Part shown: positions 1 through 11,800 of the stretch, one piece after another
Position numbering within the stretch: position 1 is the first letter of the stretch
Layout of the letters: every line of letters starts with the position of its first letter
Virus record (IMG/VR): IMGVR_UViG_3300030673_000004
Coordinates: 311,538 to 375,537 of that record
Reading direction: 5' to 3' (one strand)
DNA length: 64,000 nt
The notes under the pieces: model-generated
Database searches by the model: none
What the model was told of the DNA's origin: nothing
The model's input: the letters and a program-made list of their open reading frames with translations, nothing else
Made by a program: the position numbers and the translations under genes

Positions 1-50
1 CCCTCGCCAATCCACTAAAAAACACATGGGCATTTAGTGCATACACCGTT

Positions 51-2393
51 TTGACAGAACTACTGGAAACTAAAATGGGTGTTGACGAGAAGTTTCAGAA
101 AGCCGTCACTGCATTTGTACGGGGTATCGTTACTTTCTACACACAACTGCAGCGAGCCATTTCGGCTATTGACTTCCCGGATGCCAGTGACAATGACTTT
201 ACCTATGAAACAACGGAGTTGTTCAGCGCTGTTAATGAACTAAACGCACAGATCACTACAAACCCGGACGAATCAAAGGTCACAGCAACTCTCGCATCTG
301 CTATTCTAGAGCACCGCAAAACAATTAAGGGACTCTGGGCAGATCAAGAATGGCTGCAAATTCCTTTTCTGGTACCTACACAAGTTGCTGCGTTCAAGAC
401 GCAGTACACTAAAGATCTTCTTGCCATGCAGCAAGAGTGTCTGCGTATTTCTGCCTCAGACACTGATGAAGTCGCAAAGCGCACCAACTACACAAAGAAT
501 CTAGCAGCTTTACATGATCGCATTTCCGTACTTGTGAATCGGTATGGCGGCTGTCTTTCTGTATATAAAGCTGCTGGATCAGAGCTTCGGTATTACACGA
601 GTCTAGCTGAGAAGTTCCTGGCATCCAGTGCGCGTATTCTAGCAAACCCAGAAGACACGGTTGATGCTAAAGAGAAGCACAATATTGGAGCGCAGCTTCA
701 AGATCTCCGTTCGGAGATTAAAGCAATCATTGAAATGGTTGCTGATAGCAACGTAGAACCAACCCGACTCTATGGTGAAGGTGATGATGCGGCTGTTGCC
801 ATTGTATCGTACTACGTAGACATGCACAGGTGTCTCTGGTCATTCCTGCACAATGAACCAGTACCGGAACTAAGTAAGAAGTTTTCAAATGCCATGGGCT
901 ATATCTCCTGGTTAAAGAGTCTGTATGAGCTAAACCACAAGTTCACACAGAACGTACCTAGTTCCCTATTCACTGAACATACGACGGAGGAAGAAGAACT
1001 AGGAGAAGATGATCAGGAAATCCTTGATTTATCGGACCCCGGTAGCGATCCGGAGTATGGTCCCAAACCAGACTTGGGTGGATTGCCCCCAAGGGGCAAA
1101 GTGTACACAAGTCCTCTTACCATGTACCAGGAAGATGCTGCGTTTCACAAGTTCTATGATGAATGGGCAGATGCCTATGACAACATTGCGGATGCTTTTG
1201 AATTCTATATGGAAGACAAGGATGTTCAACAGGACTACGAGGATTTGGTAGCAGAAGAAACAGCACCTAGTACTTCAACGACAACAGAAGTAAGTACAGA
1301 TGAGCAGCAATCAAGTACTACAACGCCGAGCATATCAACAAATGCGCCACCGGATCGTATGAGTGGACAATCATCTGCCAGCCTTAGCGTCAAGCAGGTT
1401 TTAGATAACTTCAAGGGCAATGTTGCTGTTGTTGTAAAGCACCATGCAAATGCACCTAAGTACTGGGCAGCAAACTGGGCAGCCTATTGGAATGAATACG
1501 AAAGGAACCTAAAGAAGAACTACGGAAAGAAGCCAGCTCGCGCTGCTCGTAGGCAGGAAGAGGATATTGTTGGCATCATGCAGTACAAGAGAGCATACAA
1601 TGATCTCCCTGCTACGATGTTTTTTCGCTCCTATAGCAAACCTAGTACGCACACCACAACAGTAACCGCTATTCAACCGAAGGATGAAGATTACAAGCAC
1701 TACTATTTTGCCTATGGCAGCAATTTAGACACAGAGCAGATTGCCAAGCGCACACCATATGCAAAATTCGTTGGTAGAGTAGCCCTAAAGAACTACAAAC
1801 TGACCTTTGTGACATACAATTACACATGGAAAGGTGGCGTTGCGAACATTGAACCGTCTGAGGGCGACGTAGTTTATGGTATCTTATGGCACTTCACTGA
1901 TGATATGCTCACAAAAATGGATCGCTATGAAGGCCATCCGCACAAGTATGTGCGACACGATGTCCAAGTACAGAATCTATCCAGTAATACCAACGGACTT
2001 CCGCAAGAACTGACAGCGGCTGCTTATGAAATCCAGAACAAATGGGATGTTCATAAGTTTTACCCCTCGGGTGAAAATTACTATGAACAGATTAAAGCGG
2101 GATACGAGAAGTATCAGTTCCCGCTAGTTCTCCTGGAAGAAGCCCAAAAGTACAGCACAGAGCATAAGGTAGACAGGACTAGCGCCTACTACACAGGTGG
2201 GTATAACTACGGCGGTAGCCGCTATGCTAACTCGTACTATGGACAAGATGACGACTACTGGGACAAGCAATACCCACGTACTGCAACAGGATCGTCTGTG
2301 GGCGTAACAAGGTCTCGGGACAGTTCTATCTTCAGTCCTGCTCGCTGGTATCTGGACATGACAAAGAACTGGTGGGAAGCCTCTGAAGTCTGA
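51..2393 (+). CDS. Large protein with C-terminal gamma-glutamylcyclotransferase (GGCT/AIG2-like) domain
   Basis: C-terminal third has YYFAYGSNL...GVANIEPSEGDVVYGILW...MDRYEG..Y, the GGCT signature. N-terminal ~300 aa unassigned, followed by an acidic/Ser-Thr linker. Start could be TTG 51 or ATG 75. Confidence 0.8.
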   Translation: MTELLETKMGVDEKFQKAVTAFVRGIVTFYTQLQRAISAIDFPDASDNDFTYETTELFSAVNELNAQITTNPDESKVTATLASAILEHRKTIKGLWADQEWLQIPFLVPTQVAAFKTQYTKDLLAMQQECLRISASDTDEVAKRTNYTKNLAALHDRISVLVNRYGGCLSVYKAAGSELRYYTSLAEKFLASSARILANPEDTVDAKEKHNIGAQLQDLRSEIKAIIEMVADSNVEPTRLYGEGDDAAVAIVSYYVDMHRCLWSFLHNEPVPELSKKFSNAMGYISWLKSLYELNHKFTQNVPSSLFTEHTTEEEELGEDDQEILDLSDPGSDPEYGPKPDLGGLPPRGKVYTSPLTMYQEDAAFHKFYDEWADAYDNIADAFEFYMEDKDVQQDYEDLVAEETAPSTSTTTEVSTDEQQSSTTTPSISTNAPPDRMSGQSSASLSVKQVLDNFKGNVAVVVKHHANAPKYWAANWAAYWNEYERNLKKNYGKKPARAARRQEEDIVGIMQYKRAYNDLPATMFFRSYSKPSTHTTTVTAIQPKDEDYKHYYFAYGSNLDTEQIAKRTPYAKFVGRVALKNYKLTFVTYNYTWKGGVANIEPSEGDVVYGILWHFTDDMLTKMDRYEGHPHKYVRHDVQVQNLSSNTNGLPQELTAAAYEIQNKWDVHKFYPSGENYYEQIKAGYEKYQFPLVLLEEAQKYSTEHKVDRTSAYYTGGYNYGGSRYANSYYGQDDDYWDKQYPRTATGSSVGVTRSRDSSIFSPARWYLDMTKNWWEASEV

Positions 2394-2425
2394 TAGTTCT
2401 GGCCGCTGCGTAACTTCTTTTCAGA

Positions 2426-4042
2426 ATGTCAATCGCAGTGGCCAGAACTTTTTCTGATAGTGACGCTTTTTCCAGCGCAAACGACTCACGTATAAAATGC
2501 GGGTTTGAGTTGGAGTGTGCCTCTGAATACAGTATAGAGGATTTCCAACAAAAACTATTACATGGTGGGTTTGGGTTCACCAACTGGAATGATAGACCAG
2601 AAGGTAATCTACGAGCTTCAGACCACTATGGCCATGGGTACTCTAGCCTATGGAATATTGAAAAAGACGGCTCTATTCCAACAATGGGGCGGTACTCGCA
2701 TCAAGTAGAGTTCAAATCTCCACCGCTACCCCTAAAAGAAACACTTGACTGGATAGAGAAGCTCTTTCCATTCATAAGCGAGTTTGCAATAGCGGCAAAT
2801 AAAACCGCAGGATTTCATACCTCATACAGTATTGAAGGTGTAGATCTATATAGACAAACCAACTTCATTAAGCTACTAATGATGCTTGGTGAGCCTCATA
2901 TAGCAGAAGAGTTAGATCGTGGTGGGAACTACTATGCGGCACAACTTCTAGATGTTATAAAGAATAAAATACAAGAGAACTATAAATCTCGTATGTCCGA
3001 AGCTGCAAAGGCTCAGTACTTTAGAGATTTATTAGATAACAACATACGATGGGATTCATATTTCTCAACAACTGAGAGATATTTTTCTATTAATCTACTA
3101 CACGCACGTGATAACTATGTGGAATTTCGTCTTCTTGGTGGAAAAGACTACTTAAAAAAAGTACCGCAAATCAAGCGCATGATAGCTCGGTTTGCCTATG
3201 CACTTAAAGTAGCTACCGATCCCAGAGCGTACAGAGATGAGTATTCAGCACTACTGTACACTATGCTGCACGGTGAAGATGAAGACACGTCTATACAGTA
3301 TTCAGAGCTACGCTGGCGTATAGAAACAGCGCAAAGTAGAATAGTTATATACCATAAAGAATCAAACAAAGCATATATAGCTCTATTCTATCGCAATAAC
3401 ATACAGGATAAAATCATCTATGACTATACTTGGTTAGATCAAACATTAGCAGAAGCAGATAAAGAACTAATTCGTAGGCGGGTAACATCTTTAATTAGCC
3501 GCCCAACAGTATGCTCAGGTATAGAATTACCACTCATATATACCAAAGATTTACTAGGCGAGTTCACGTACCAAAAAATAGATCAAATAGCCGCGAATAA
3601 CCCCGGCACATATGAATGGGCGCTTAAGGCATTTGATTCTTTGGAGGTACTGCCATCACGAGTGGTAGCGTCTAATATATTACAAAGTGAAAATTACAAA
3701 GCAATACGAGAGTTTGTCCGACTAGCACTTCGATCCTCTGAAGATACACTAATACGAGCTCTTACACATAAGATACTAAATGATCCTGAATTATACAGTC
3801 ATTTTGTCAATACTCATGGCGAACTCATAGATAGAGAAAGTTACTGGGAACACTTAGGTGTAACACAGTATCAAAAATTCGCACCGTTTGAGCATGAACT
3901 TCTTAACAGATTCAAAGACTCTGACGATCTAGGTCTAGAAGACTTGGGCACCCAAGAGATTGAGGATGTTCATTTTGAGCCCACCACCGCCCCAGTAAGA
4001 AGGAGGCGCAGGAGGCATACTCCCGATGAGGCGGAAGACTAA
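2426..4042 (+). CDS. Putative amidoligase (COOH-NH2 ligase type 2 / Amidoligase_2-like)
   Basis: Motifs GFELEC, IEKDGSI, VEFKSPP, TAGFHTSYS, RYFSINL, YVEFRLLGG match the glutamine-synthetase-like amidoligase pattern; adjacent to GGCT gene. Confidence 0.8.
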   Translation: MSIAVARTFSDSDAFSSANDSRIKCGFELECASEYSIEDFQQKLLHGGFGFTNWNDRPEGNLRASDHYGHGYSSLWNIEKDGSIPTMGRYSHQVEFKSPPLPLKETLDWIEKLFPFISEFAIAANKTAGFHTSYSIEGVDLYRQTNFIKLLMMLGEPHIAEELDRGGNYYAAQLLDVIKNKIQENYKSRMSEAAKAQYFRDLLDNNIRWDSYFSTTERYFSINLLHARDNYVEFRLLGGKDYLKKVPQIKRMIARFAYALKVATDPRAYRDEYSALLYTMLHGEDEDTSIQYSELRWRIETAQSRIVIYHKESNKAYIALFYRNNIQDKIIYDYTWLDQTLAEADKELIRRRVTSLISRPTVCSGIELPLIYTKDLLGEFTYQKIDQIAANNPGTYEWALKAFDSLEVLPSRVVASNILQSENYKAIREFVRLALRSSEDTLIRALTHKILNDPELYSHFVNTHGELIDRESYWEHLGVTQYQKFAPFEHELLNRFKDSDDLGLEDLGTQEIEDVHFEPTTAPVRRRRRRHTPDEAED

Positions 4043-5433
4043 TGAGTTCAAGCGAAATTCAAAATAGGTTAGTAAAGTACATAGCAAATTTGGATCCTGA
4101 CGCGGACACTGTACAAGGTCCTATCTATGATCTAATGCTACAACCCATACCATCAGAAATTGACCTAGCAGCTACTAACGCGGCACAGCTTCTTTCTCTA
4201 TATGGAAGAATTAATAATGCGTCTCAACTAACTACAGACGAACTAGAAGCTGTTGGGTTGAACTTACGGGTATCCCGTGTTGCTGGATCTAAAGCTACCG
4301 TTGACCTTAAATTTGTGCTCTCAAGCAAGCCAACGACAACAGTATCTATCCCAACAGGTACAGCAGTAGCGACATCTGATTATAAATATGTATTTGTAAC
4401 CAATTATGGTGTAACAATCACACCAGCAGCCGCATATGCCTTCTACAATAATACAACAGGTAAATACGAAGCCTATGTTTCAGCTACTGCGCAAAACGTA
4501 GGATCCGGATATAACTTACCACTAAACAAAATAACAACATTAGTAAGTTCCCTGACCAGTGTGCAAACAGTCACCAATACAGTAGCAGCTTCTGGTGGAA
4601 CAGATGCCAGTGATAATCTCTCATATTACACTAGAGTTCAAACAGCACTCAACGGTATGGACCCATCAAGCCTATCCGCATACTTTAATGCAATTTCACG
4701 AGATACTACATATCGAGATTACACATTATTTGTATCAGCAGCAGACAGAACAAAGTTCAAACGTCGCATGGTAGGGAATGCCTTTGATGTGTATTTAGGA
4801 ACACCTAGCTATGCTACATATGTAGACGAATTTACATATACAAGCGGTGCTCAAGTATTTACGCTCGGAACTGGCCCTGTATATGCTGTTCAATATGTTA
4901 CAGTCAATAGCGAAGTCCTGAGTACAGATTATTGGAAACTTTCCCTGGATACAAGTGTAGAATATACCAAGTCAACCGCAGGAAACAACACAGTTACATT
5001 AACAAATACACTAGCATCTAATGATACAGTAAGCATATATTACACTGTTAATAAAAACTGCCTAGATGTGCAAACAGCACTAAATACATTAAATCCGCAA
5101 AATGTAACATTTCTAGTTCGAGAAATGACAAAAGTACCTGTACAAATAGCTATCTCATTAGTTGCCACACAAGTAACATCATCTACGATAGACTCAGTTA
5201 CAACACTTGTATCTAGTTTGTGCAATGACCAACAAACAGACACACTTACAGTATACGATGTCCAAAACGTAATAACAGCAGCACTACCCTCCATAAGATT
5301 AGCCACAATTACCAAACTACGAAGAAGCGCTAATTCTGCAGGGGATGCTATTCAAAATATCAGTTTAGCCTTCAATGAGATGCTAAGTCTAGATGTAGAT
5401 AATGGCGATCTTGTAATTACGGCATCAACCTAA
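4042..5433 (+). CDS. Baseplate J-like wedge protein
   Basis: ELEAVGLNLRVSRVAGSKAT, VSIPTGTAVAT, ATAQNVGSGYNL..NKITTL, VTNTVAASGGTD..D..YYTR are typical of baseplate J; TAATG overlap with upstream gene. Confidence 0.85.
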   Translation: MSSSEIQNRLVKYIANLDPDADTVQGPIYDLMLQPIPSEIDLAATNAAQLLSLYGRINNASQLTTDELEAVGLNLRVSRVAGSKATVDLKFVLSSKPTTTVSIPTGTAVATSDYKYVFVTNYGVTITPAAAYAFYNNTTGKYEAYVSATAQNVGSGYNLPLNKITTLVSSLTSVQTVTNTVAASGGTDASDNLSYYTRVQTALNGMDPSSLSAYFNAISRDTTYRDYTLFVSAADRTKFKRRMVGNAFDVYLGTPSYATYVDEFTYTSGAQVFTLGTGPVYAVQYVTVNSEVLSTDYWKLSLDTSVEYTKSTAGNNTVTLTNTLASNDTVSIYYTVNKNCLDVQTALNTLNPQNVTFLVREMTKVPVQIAISLVATQVTSSTIDSVTTLVSSLCNDQQTDTLTVYDVQNVITAALPSIRLATITKLRRSANSAGDAIQNISLAFNEMLSLDVDNGDLVITAST

Positions 5434-7079
5434 TGGGAACATCAACATACACAGTTGCATCGTCAGCAGCATCCTTAAGTGTAGACTTTGGCCCCGAACG
5501 CTATGTCTACGAACGATTACTTTTTGGGTCCAATGTGACCCCAGGAATGCCACAAGGAGATTTCTATGACATGCGTGGCTACCCGGTACCCCATACACCG
5601 TATGATGTTACTAGTATATCACTGCAGCTACCGAAGGGCTCCGCTCTAGTTGGAACTAATCTTAAGATTGAAATCATTAGAGATAGCCCGCAGAAGTACG
5701 CATCCTTTGAAATCGTCAATTTTGTACCGACTAGCGAAGAAACAAACTTTGGGGTTAGACTAGACAAAGGACTAAACTGGCTAAAAGTCAGTGACAGCTC
5801 TAATAATGTAATCGGTTCTTTTGCACTATCTGCTTCTAGATTTGCTACTTTTCTGTATGCAATAGCTGTAGATATCTATAAAAAATTATGGGAACCTATT
5901 GATGCAACAGCATCAGAAGTATTCAAAACATATTCAGGACTCTTTACTAATCTAATTAGCTTTAACGATCTTCTGCCGCAAGCAGGTAGCAGGCATATTC
6001 TCTCTATCTACTTAACAATGCGAGCACTTGTTCCGAAGGTAGGAACAGAAGAGGGACTCACACTCCTATCTCAAGCTATTCTTGATCAGACGCCCATATT
6101 TAGATCTATCACGGAAAATGACCGGCTAGCACCTTGGCTTAGTCCAGACCCATCGACAGCATTATCACAAGTCGGAAGAGAAGTGCATATTTGGTCCTAT
6201 GATGATACAGCTACACAAATTATGCAATTTGGTAGAATATGTAAAAACATCGGTAACAATGTAACGCAACATGATAAGTATGGTGCATTAGTTGATGGGT
6301 TACAGTATGATTGGAGACATTACTTAGACAGTACCGTTAAATCCGCTAGTCTGCGAACAATGCCCCGGTATGATGGTCATGTAACATCTATCAAAACTGT
6401 AGTAGACACAAAGTTCTCCTGGACAGAAGGCCGACGTTCTATAGTACAATTCCCCGGACTATGGGACGGAAATGTTCCCTACTTAGACCAAGGTGTTCTA
6501 TACGACCAGGGTCTATTATTTGATAAAGCTGATACAACAGGTCCTATGGGATATCACGGCTGGGTCGGCGTGCCTATAATGCCAGCACCTAAATTCAGTG
6601 AAGCTGCTAGTGAAGGACGCCCAAACATGTCCATCCTAATAGCAGTAGAATCGACATCAGAACTTCAAAATTCTCTTAATTATAAATCCTTGGATGTAGC
6701 AACATCATATGATTGGGGAACCGCTACATCGTTCACAGAAACGGTAGCAAATCTAAATACCTTATCTAGCGCAGACTGGACAGATACAACTACAACAATT
6801 GCAGCAGATGCTACTGTCGATAACTTATCTGTGATATCAGTAACACTTACAGAAACATCCCAAGTTGCACATATCCACACAGTACGACTTATTACTGTAG
6901 GTGAATGGAAAGCTATCTTGGGAGGGACACCCTTAACAGTTCAATCTAATCTAAATACTAATGGCGATCACTACCACCAAATAACGATAGCCTACAGCAA
7001 TAACAGGATACAAGTAAGCGTAGCAAACAATCATGGGCATCTAATAAAAATAGATATTCCTACAGGATTAGGATTATGA
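5433..7079 (+). CDS. Putative baseplate wedge subunit (gpI/gp7-like position)
   Basis: Directly follows baseplate J with TAATG overlap; GTEEGLTLLSQAIL resembles the GT..GI..L motif of wedge proteins. Mostly synteny-based. Confidence 0.5.
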   Translation: MGTSTYTVASSAASLSVDFGPERYVYERLLFGSNVTPGMPQGDFYDMRGYPVPHTPYDVTSISLQLPKGSALVGTNLKIEIIRDSPQKYASFEIVNFVPTSEETNFGVRLDKGLNWLKVSDSSNNVIGSFALSASRFATFLYAIAVDIYKKLWEPIDATASEVFKTYSGLFTNLISFNDLLPQAGSRHILSIYLTMRALVPKVGTEEGLTLLSQAILDQTPIFRSITENDRLAPWLSPDPSTALSQVGREVHIWSYDDTATQIMQFGRICKNIGNNVTQHDKYGALVDGLQYDWRHYLDSTVKSASLRTMPRYDGHVTSIKTVVDTKFSWTEGRRSIVQFPGLWDGNVPYLDQGVLYDQGLLFDKADTTGPMGYHGWVGVPIMPAPKFSEAASEGRPNMSILIAVESTSELQNSLNYKSLDVATSYDWGTATSFTETVANLNTLSSADWTDTTTTIAADATVDNLSVISVTLTETSQVAHIHTVRLITVGEWKAILGGTPLTVQSNLNTNGDHYHQITIAYSNNRIQVSVANNHGHLIKIDIPTGLGL

Positions 7080-7552
7080 AAGTAATTCATTTTACAGATT
7101 CAAAAATTGGTGGCGTAATCCAAATAAATGCAGATCTTAGTTTTAATAACAGTGATTCAATACAGTTTGATGTCATACGCACACCCACGAGTACACTAAC
7201 TAACACATTAGGATTATCTGTAAAAGTAACCCAAAATGGATCTGTATCTGTCTCGGCACTAGTAGACAACGTCTGGGTTCTTCTCAAACAAACACATGTT
7301 AATACACCAGCACATATAAATATAGTTAGATCCGATGTATTTATATGGTCTGTAGTTGTAGCATCACAATTAGATCAAGCCTTGAATAAAACAATAGTTA
7401 TAGACCACCAAGATGATTTCTTAGCCGAACTTCTAAGTAGTGCTACGCTAGTACAAGAGCGAGCAAGCCAGGTAACGGTAGATTTGTACACAACAAGTTT
7501 AACCTGTCTTACAAATTTAGTCATAGAAGCGGATAGGAATGTCTGGAACTAA
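7076..7552 (+). CDS. Hypothetical virion-module protein
   Basis: 158-aa ORF coupled (ATGA) to the upstream gene. Confidence 0.6.
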   Translation: MKVIHFTDSKIGGVIQINADLSFNNSDSIQFDVIRTPTSTLTNTLGLSVKVTQNGSVSVSALVDNVWVLLKQTHVNTPAHINIVRSDVFIWSVVVASQLDQALNKTIVIDHQDDFLAELLSSATLVQERASQVTVDLYTTSLTCLTNLVIEADRNVWN

Positions 7553-8072
7553 CGAAACACTGATAGCAGAGGGCGTAAGCATCCAAGAAGCTGCGCAGTT
7601 ATGTGAGACTGTACTAGCTACCAATCAAGCTATCCCCTGTGTTACACCACTTGATGAAAACAGCTATACAGTCACGGCACGACCCTACAGTGGTGGCTTC
7701 CGTCCCTACACACGTTGGCCAATACGTATAGTGGATCATAACATTCGCTTCAAAGTAACAAAGCCTTACAGGCAACCGGAAGTTCTACCTTTTGTTTATC
7801 CAACAGATGTCAAGGACTATAGCGAACTTCTCCAAAATAAAGCAGAAGACTCCCTACTAGAGTTACAACGAGAAGCTGCTGAGAGAGAACAAGAACACGA
7901 AGATGCCTATGTGCGCACGCAGCAACACATAGCTGAAAAACTTGGACTTGTAGATGAAGTTCAGCTAATCAATAAAAATGCCGTTCCAGAAAAAGCGGTA
8001 CGGGATACTATTGACAGCATACTTCGCAGAGGATTTTTCATAGACCCAGGTAAAGAAGAAGAGGATACTTAA
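7539..8072 (+). CDS. Hypothetical protein
   Basis: 177-aa ORF overlapping the previous gene, co-oriented. Confidence 0.65.
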   Translation: MSGTNETLIAEGVSIQEAAQLCETVLATNQAIPCVTPLDENSYTVTARPYSGGFRPYTRWPIRIVDHNIRFKVTKPYRQPEVLPFVYPTDVKDYSELLQNKAEDSLLELQREAAEREQEHEDAYVRTQQHIAEKLGLVDEVQLINKNAVPEKAVRDTIDSILRRGFFIDPGKEEEDT

Positions 8073-8074
8073 TT

Positions 8075-8407
8075 ATGGCTGGACATACATTCAAGCGTCG
8101 TGGCAAGATTACTGAAGAAGATCAAGAGAGCTCCTACAACCAGCTAGTAAGAAACCAAAGTCCAAAAGCTATACAAGATTTTATTGTAGAGAATTTCAAA
8201 GGACAGGGAAACACAGATATTCGACCAGACATAGCAGACATCAATAATATCAGATATCTACTAGCACTAAGTCTCGGTGGGTCTGCGACACCGGTAGGAG
8301 AATTCTTTGGTGCGTGCTTTGAATATTTCCAAAGACATAATGCGCATTATAAAGAAAAACTTATGCAGCTTGAAGTAGCTGCCAAGAATAAACTCGTCAC
8401 AGAGTAG
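8075..8407 (+). CDS. Hypothetical protein
   Basis: 110-aa ORF, 2 nt after the previous stop, GAGGA upstream. Confidence 0.65.
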   Translation: MAGHTFKRRGKITEEDQESSYNQLVRNQSPKAIQDFIVENFKGQGNTDIRPDIADINNIRYLLALSLGGSATPVGEFFGACFEYFQRHNAHYKEKLMQLEVAAKNKLVTE

Positions 8408-8448
8408 CTAATAAGAAGCAACTTCTCTTAGACACGAGGATACTTTCT

Positions 8449-8871
8449 ATGGCACTACCACAGTTTCAAAAAACCAGTTATGGCATCCGTATGATGAATC
8501 AACGCTTGTATGATGGTACAAGCTTTCAGATTACGCACTACCAAATAGGTGCTGGTGGGCATGATGCTACCACAAACCAGCCTATCCCCGTAGACACAGC
8601 ACTACTTGAGTTACCATCAGCTACAACAGGAACTATCGCACTGACTGCTGGAAGTGTAATTCAAACGGCCTACGATACCCTGCAATTCACACTAACACTG
8701 GGAAAAGGTGTTGGCACAGGAGCGGTATCAAACGTTGGTTTATGGGCATCCTCCGGCGTTAATTCAGATGGAACCCTAATATCACCATTTCTCTTTGCCA
8801 TAGCTAATCTAGGATACAGAACAAAGCTAGCAAATGAGACACACGAATACGTTATTGAACTAGTAAGCTGA
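8449..8871 (+). CDS. Phage tail-collar fibre protein (DUF3751-like)
   Basis: FQITHYQIGAGG near the N-terminus and SNVGLWA...LFAIANL near the C-terminus; GAGGA RBS. Confidence 0.65.
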   Translation: MALPQFQKTSYGIRMMNQRLYDGTSFQITHYQIGAGGHDATTNQPIPVDTALLELPSATTGTIALTAGSVIQTAYDTLQFTLTLGKGVGTGAVSNVGLWASSGVNSDGTLISPFLFAIANLGYRTKLANETHEYVIELVS

Positions 8872-8882
8872 GGATTAATACA

Positions 8883-11800
8883 ATGACAATGAAGGCTGTT
8901 TTCTCCTATTCGAATCCCGATGCTACCACAGATATGAATGCACACTTCCGCATTCTATTTAAGAAGGGTATTGTATCTGGTGGATTAATTACACCTGTTG
9001 GTGGAACATACCAAGTTACAGTCAGCGCCTTCACTGCAGTCTCTTACGATGGCATGGTTGTAGAACAGGATGCTGCAACTACATTAACCATACCGAGCAG
9101 CACTAAAGGGACAACGTATTATGTAGTCCTGGTTGCTCAATACAATGCACCAGCATCGCCAACACTACAATTACAGGTAATGTCCAGCACGACATATGCA
9201 GCAAGTCCTACAGACTACTTCATTATTCTCGGCAGTGTTACATTAGCCTCAACCAGTACGTCAGTACTAAATAACAATATCTCTTACGTAGCTAGAGATG
9301 TTACCACTAAAGTTGGGTATCTAAACATTCAGGGAAGCATTTCCATGAATGATACGCCACCTAATACAGGGAATCGCTCTGGTGACCTCTATGTAATCTA
9401 TGATAGCACACCACCATACTTCATTGTATGGAACGGAGCAGAGTGGACAAAGTTCACGGACTATTCGAGCCTCGCTGAAGAGTATGAAGTTCACGTAACG
9501 GATAATGGTGACTTCACAGGCACAACAGCAATGACCGATGCTAGACATGTCACCAAATCAATTAAGGCAGCATTGGTTGGTACGACAGGTACACCAAGTG
9601 CAACTAATCTGTTTGTTACTCAGACAGATACCGCACTGCTCAGCCCGGATGAGCAAGCAGCACTGAGCAACGCTGTTGGCGGAACACTAACAGCAAGTAA
9701 CCCGGTCGTTGCCAAAAACTTAGCAACACTTGAAGAGCGTGTTGTTGCATACACAGCATCGGTTGGGGGCCAGACATCAGCACAGATTGCGGCTACAATC
9801 AGTGGCTCAATCGTATCTGTATTTGTTGGCACACGTGGGATTGAATCTGATCTCAGCGGTAACAGCGTCTCTACAGCACGACAGTTCTTTCGAGTAGAGG
9901 ACGCTTTTGGAAAAGGTCTTGTATTAAACAGTGTAGCTACCTACATCACAGATGTGACAATGAATAGCTCCTCATTTGATACACAAGGAGCCGCTAACGT
10001 AGGAGAATCTGGCTTTTGGGATGGAACAGGAACACTGAGTGTTAAATTCAACACAACCATTCCGGCAGGTACCGTATTTTATGTCAGATACAATATTCAA
10101 GGAACAATAGCATCACTGTCTCCGGCCAATAGAGCCACAGGTGCTAGTGGCCGGTATGCCATACCAGCAACGGGATATCGTAATGACATAAACTCCTATA
10201 TTGAATCCTACTCAATACAGACAAACACAATAACAACGACAGCAATTAATATAAAAGGGCAATCTTTCGCAGCCAAAGGAACACCGAGCGCCCCAAGTTA
10301 TACTTTTACAGCAGACAATACGACAGGATTTTTCTACGTAGGAACAACAACAGAGAACCACCTAACAGATTATCAAGGGTTAGGTTTTGCTATTGGTGGT
10401 CAAACACTACTAGTAATGGGAAAAGCGACAGCTACTTTGGATATGAGTGGTGCCTACCATATGCTAGAGGCAGATGTAGATACTAATGGCTATCCATACC
10501 ACAAATGGGCGCTCGTAACTTCAACTGCTGGGGGTTCCGGAACAACAGGCTCCTTCATGTTTGGGACAGCCAACTACTTGTCTGATTTTACACCGGCATT
10601 TGGAATCCTATGGCAGCCCTCTAGGGCACAAACATTTAATAAGTCTCAACCTTATGTAAGCATTCAACGAGATGTTGCTATTGAAGCTCTCGGATCAACA
10701 GACACATACCAACTAAGTGTTATGGGCGGTACTGCAAGTGCCCCAGGTATCACATTTAACCGAAGTCAGAGCGGATTTTACTACTTTGATGATATGGGTG
10801 ATGCTAAACACTCCCTGTACAAGGGTATTGCCGTAGCCATTAACGGATCTCCTTTAGTTGTTATGGGTAACAACAGTGCCTCCATATCAGGATCTGCCTA
10901 TGCCACTCAGTACCTCATGATTGAAAAGAGTGACAACAGTGATGTTCGTTTAGGTATGTTTGGATATCAAACAGCAGGAGCACTGAGATTAGGATACTCG
11001 TACTATCTAGATGATTGGGTTGATCAAATTGTTCTCGGTGACGACATTCGTGTATATGATGATTTAGTTTCTACCCGAAACATAACATGTACGACAGTAA
11101 CTAGTACCACAGCCACAAGAGCACCTATGCACATCGCAACAACCGATGGTACTACGAGTGCGCCTGCGTACAGCTTTGCCAGTAACCCTAGCTGGGGTAT
11201 GTATTTAGCAGGAAGTATTCAAAATAGTGATCTATACTTAGGTACAAGACTTACGCTAGCTGTTAACGGATACGATCATTTAGCACTAGGACGAGATACT
11301 TGGCTAGGCTATTCAAGTGCGCCTATTGCCCCTCTAGAGATAAATTCCTACGCACAAGGGTCTAATGCTGAATTTGGTTACAACATAGCAATACCATTTA
11401 CAGTCAGCAATGGGGGCACACATAAAATAAAATTCGGTACCTCTTACTACAACAGTGATTTTGATGAAGAATTTACTCTGATTACTTACGGAAGTGGTGC
11501 ATCATCCGAGTTGCATGCATACTGTCAATTCCACATCGAGTCAGGATCTTCCTTCTACATGCACACAGGAGTAGGTACAGGACATGATGATCTTATCTCA
11601 AGGGTTGACTGCTTGTACTCCACACCCCTCAATGATAGGTATTTCACAGTTAATAGCTGCATGTCTGTTAGCAACGGGCTATACGTAACAGCCTTTGGCA
11701 CAACAACAGCAGCTCAATTAGTTCTTGGGTCAGGAACTATGAATACTACATGGACAAGAGCTAACAGTACTACAGTTAAGGATTGGTTTCAAACAAAGGT

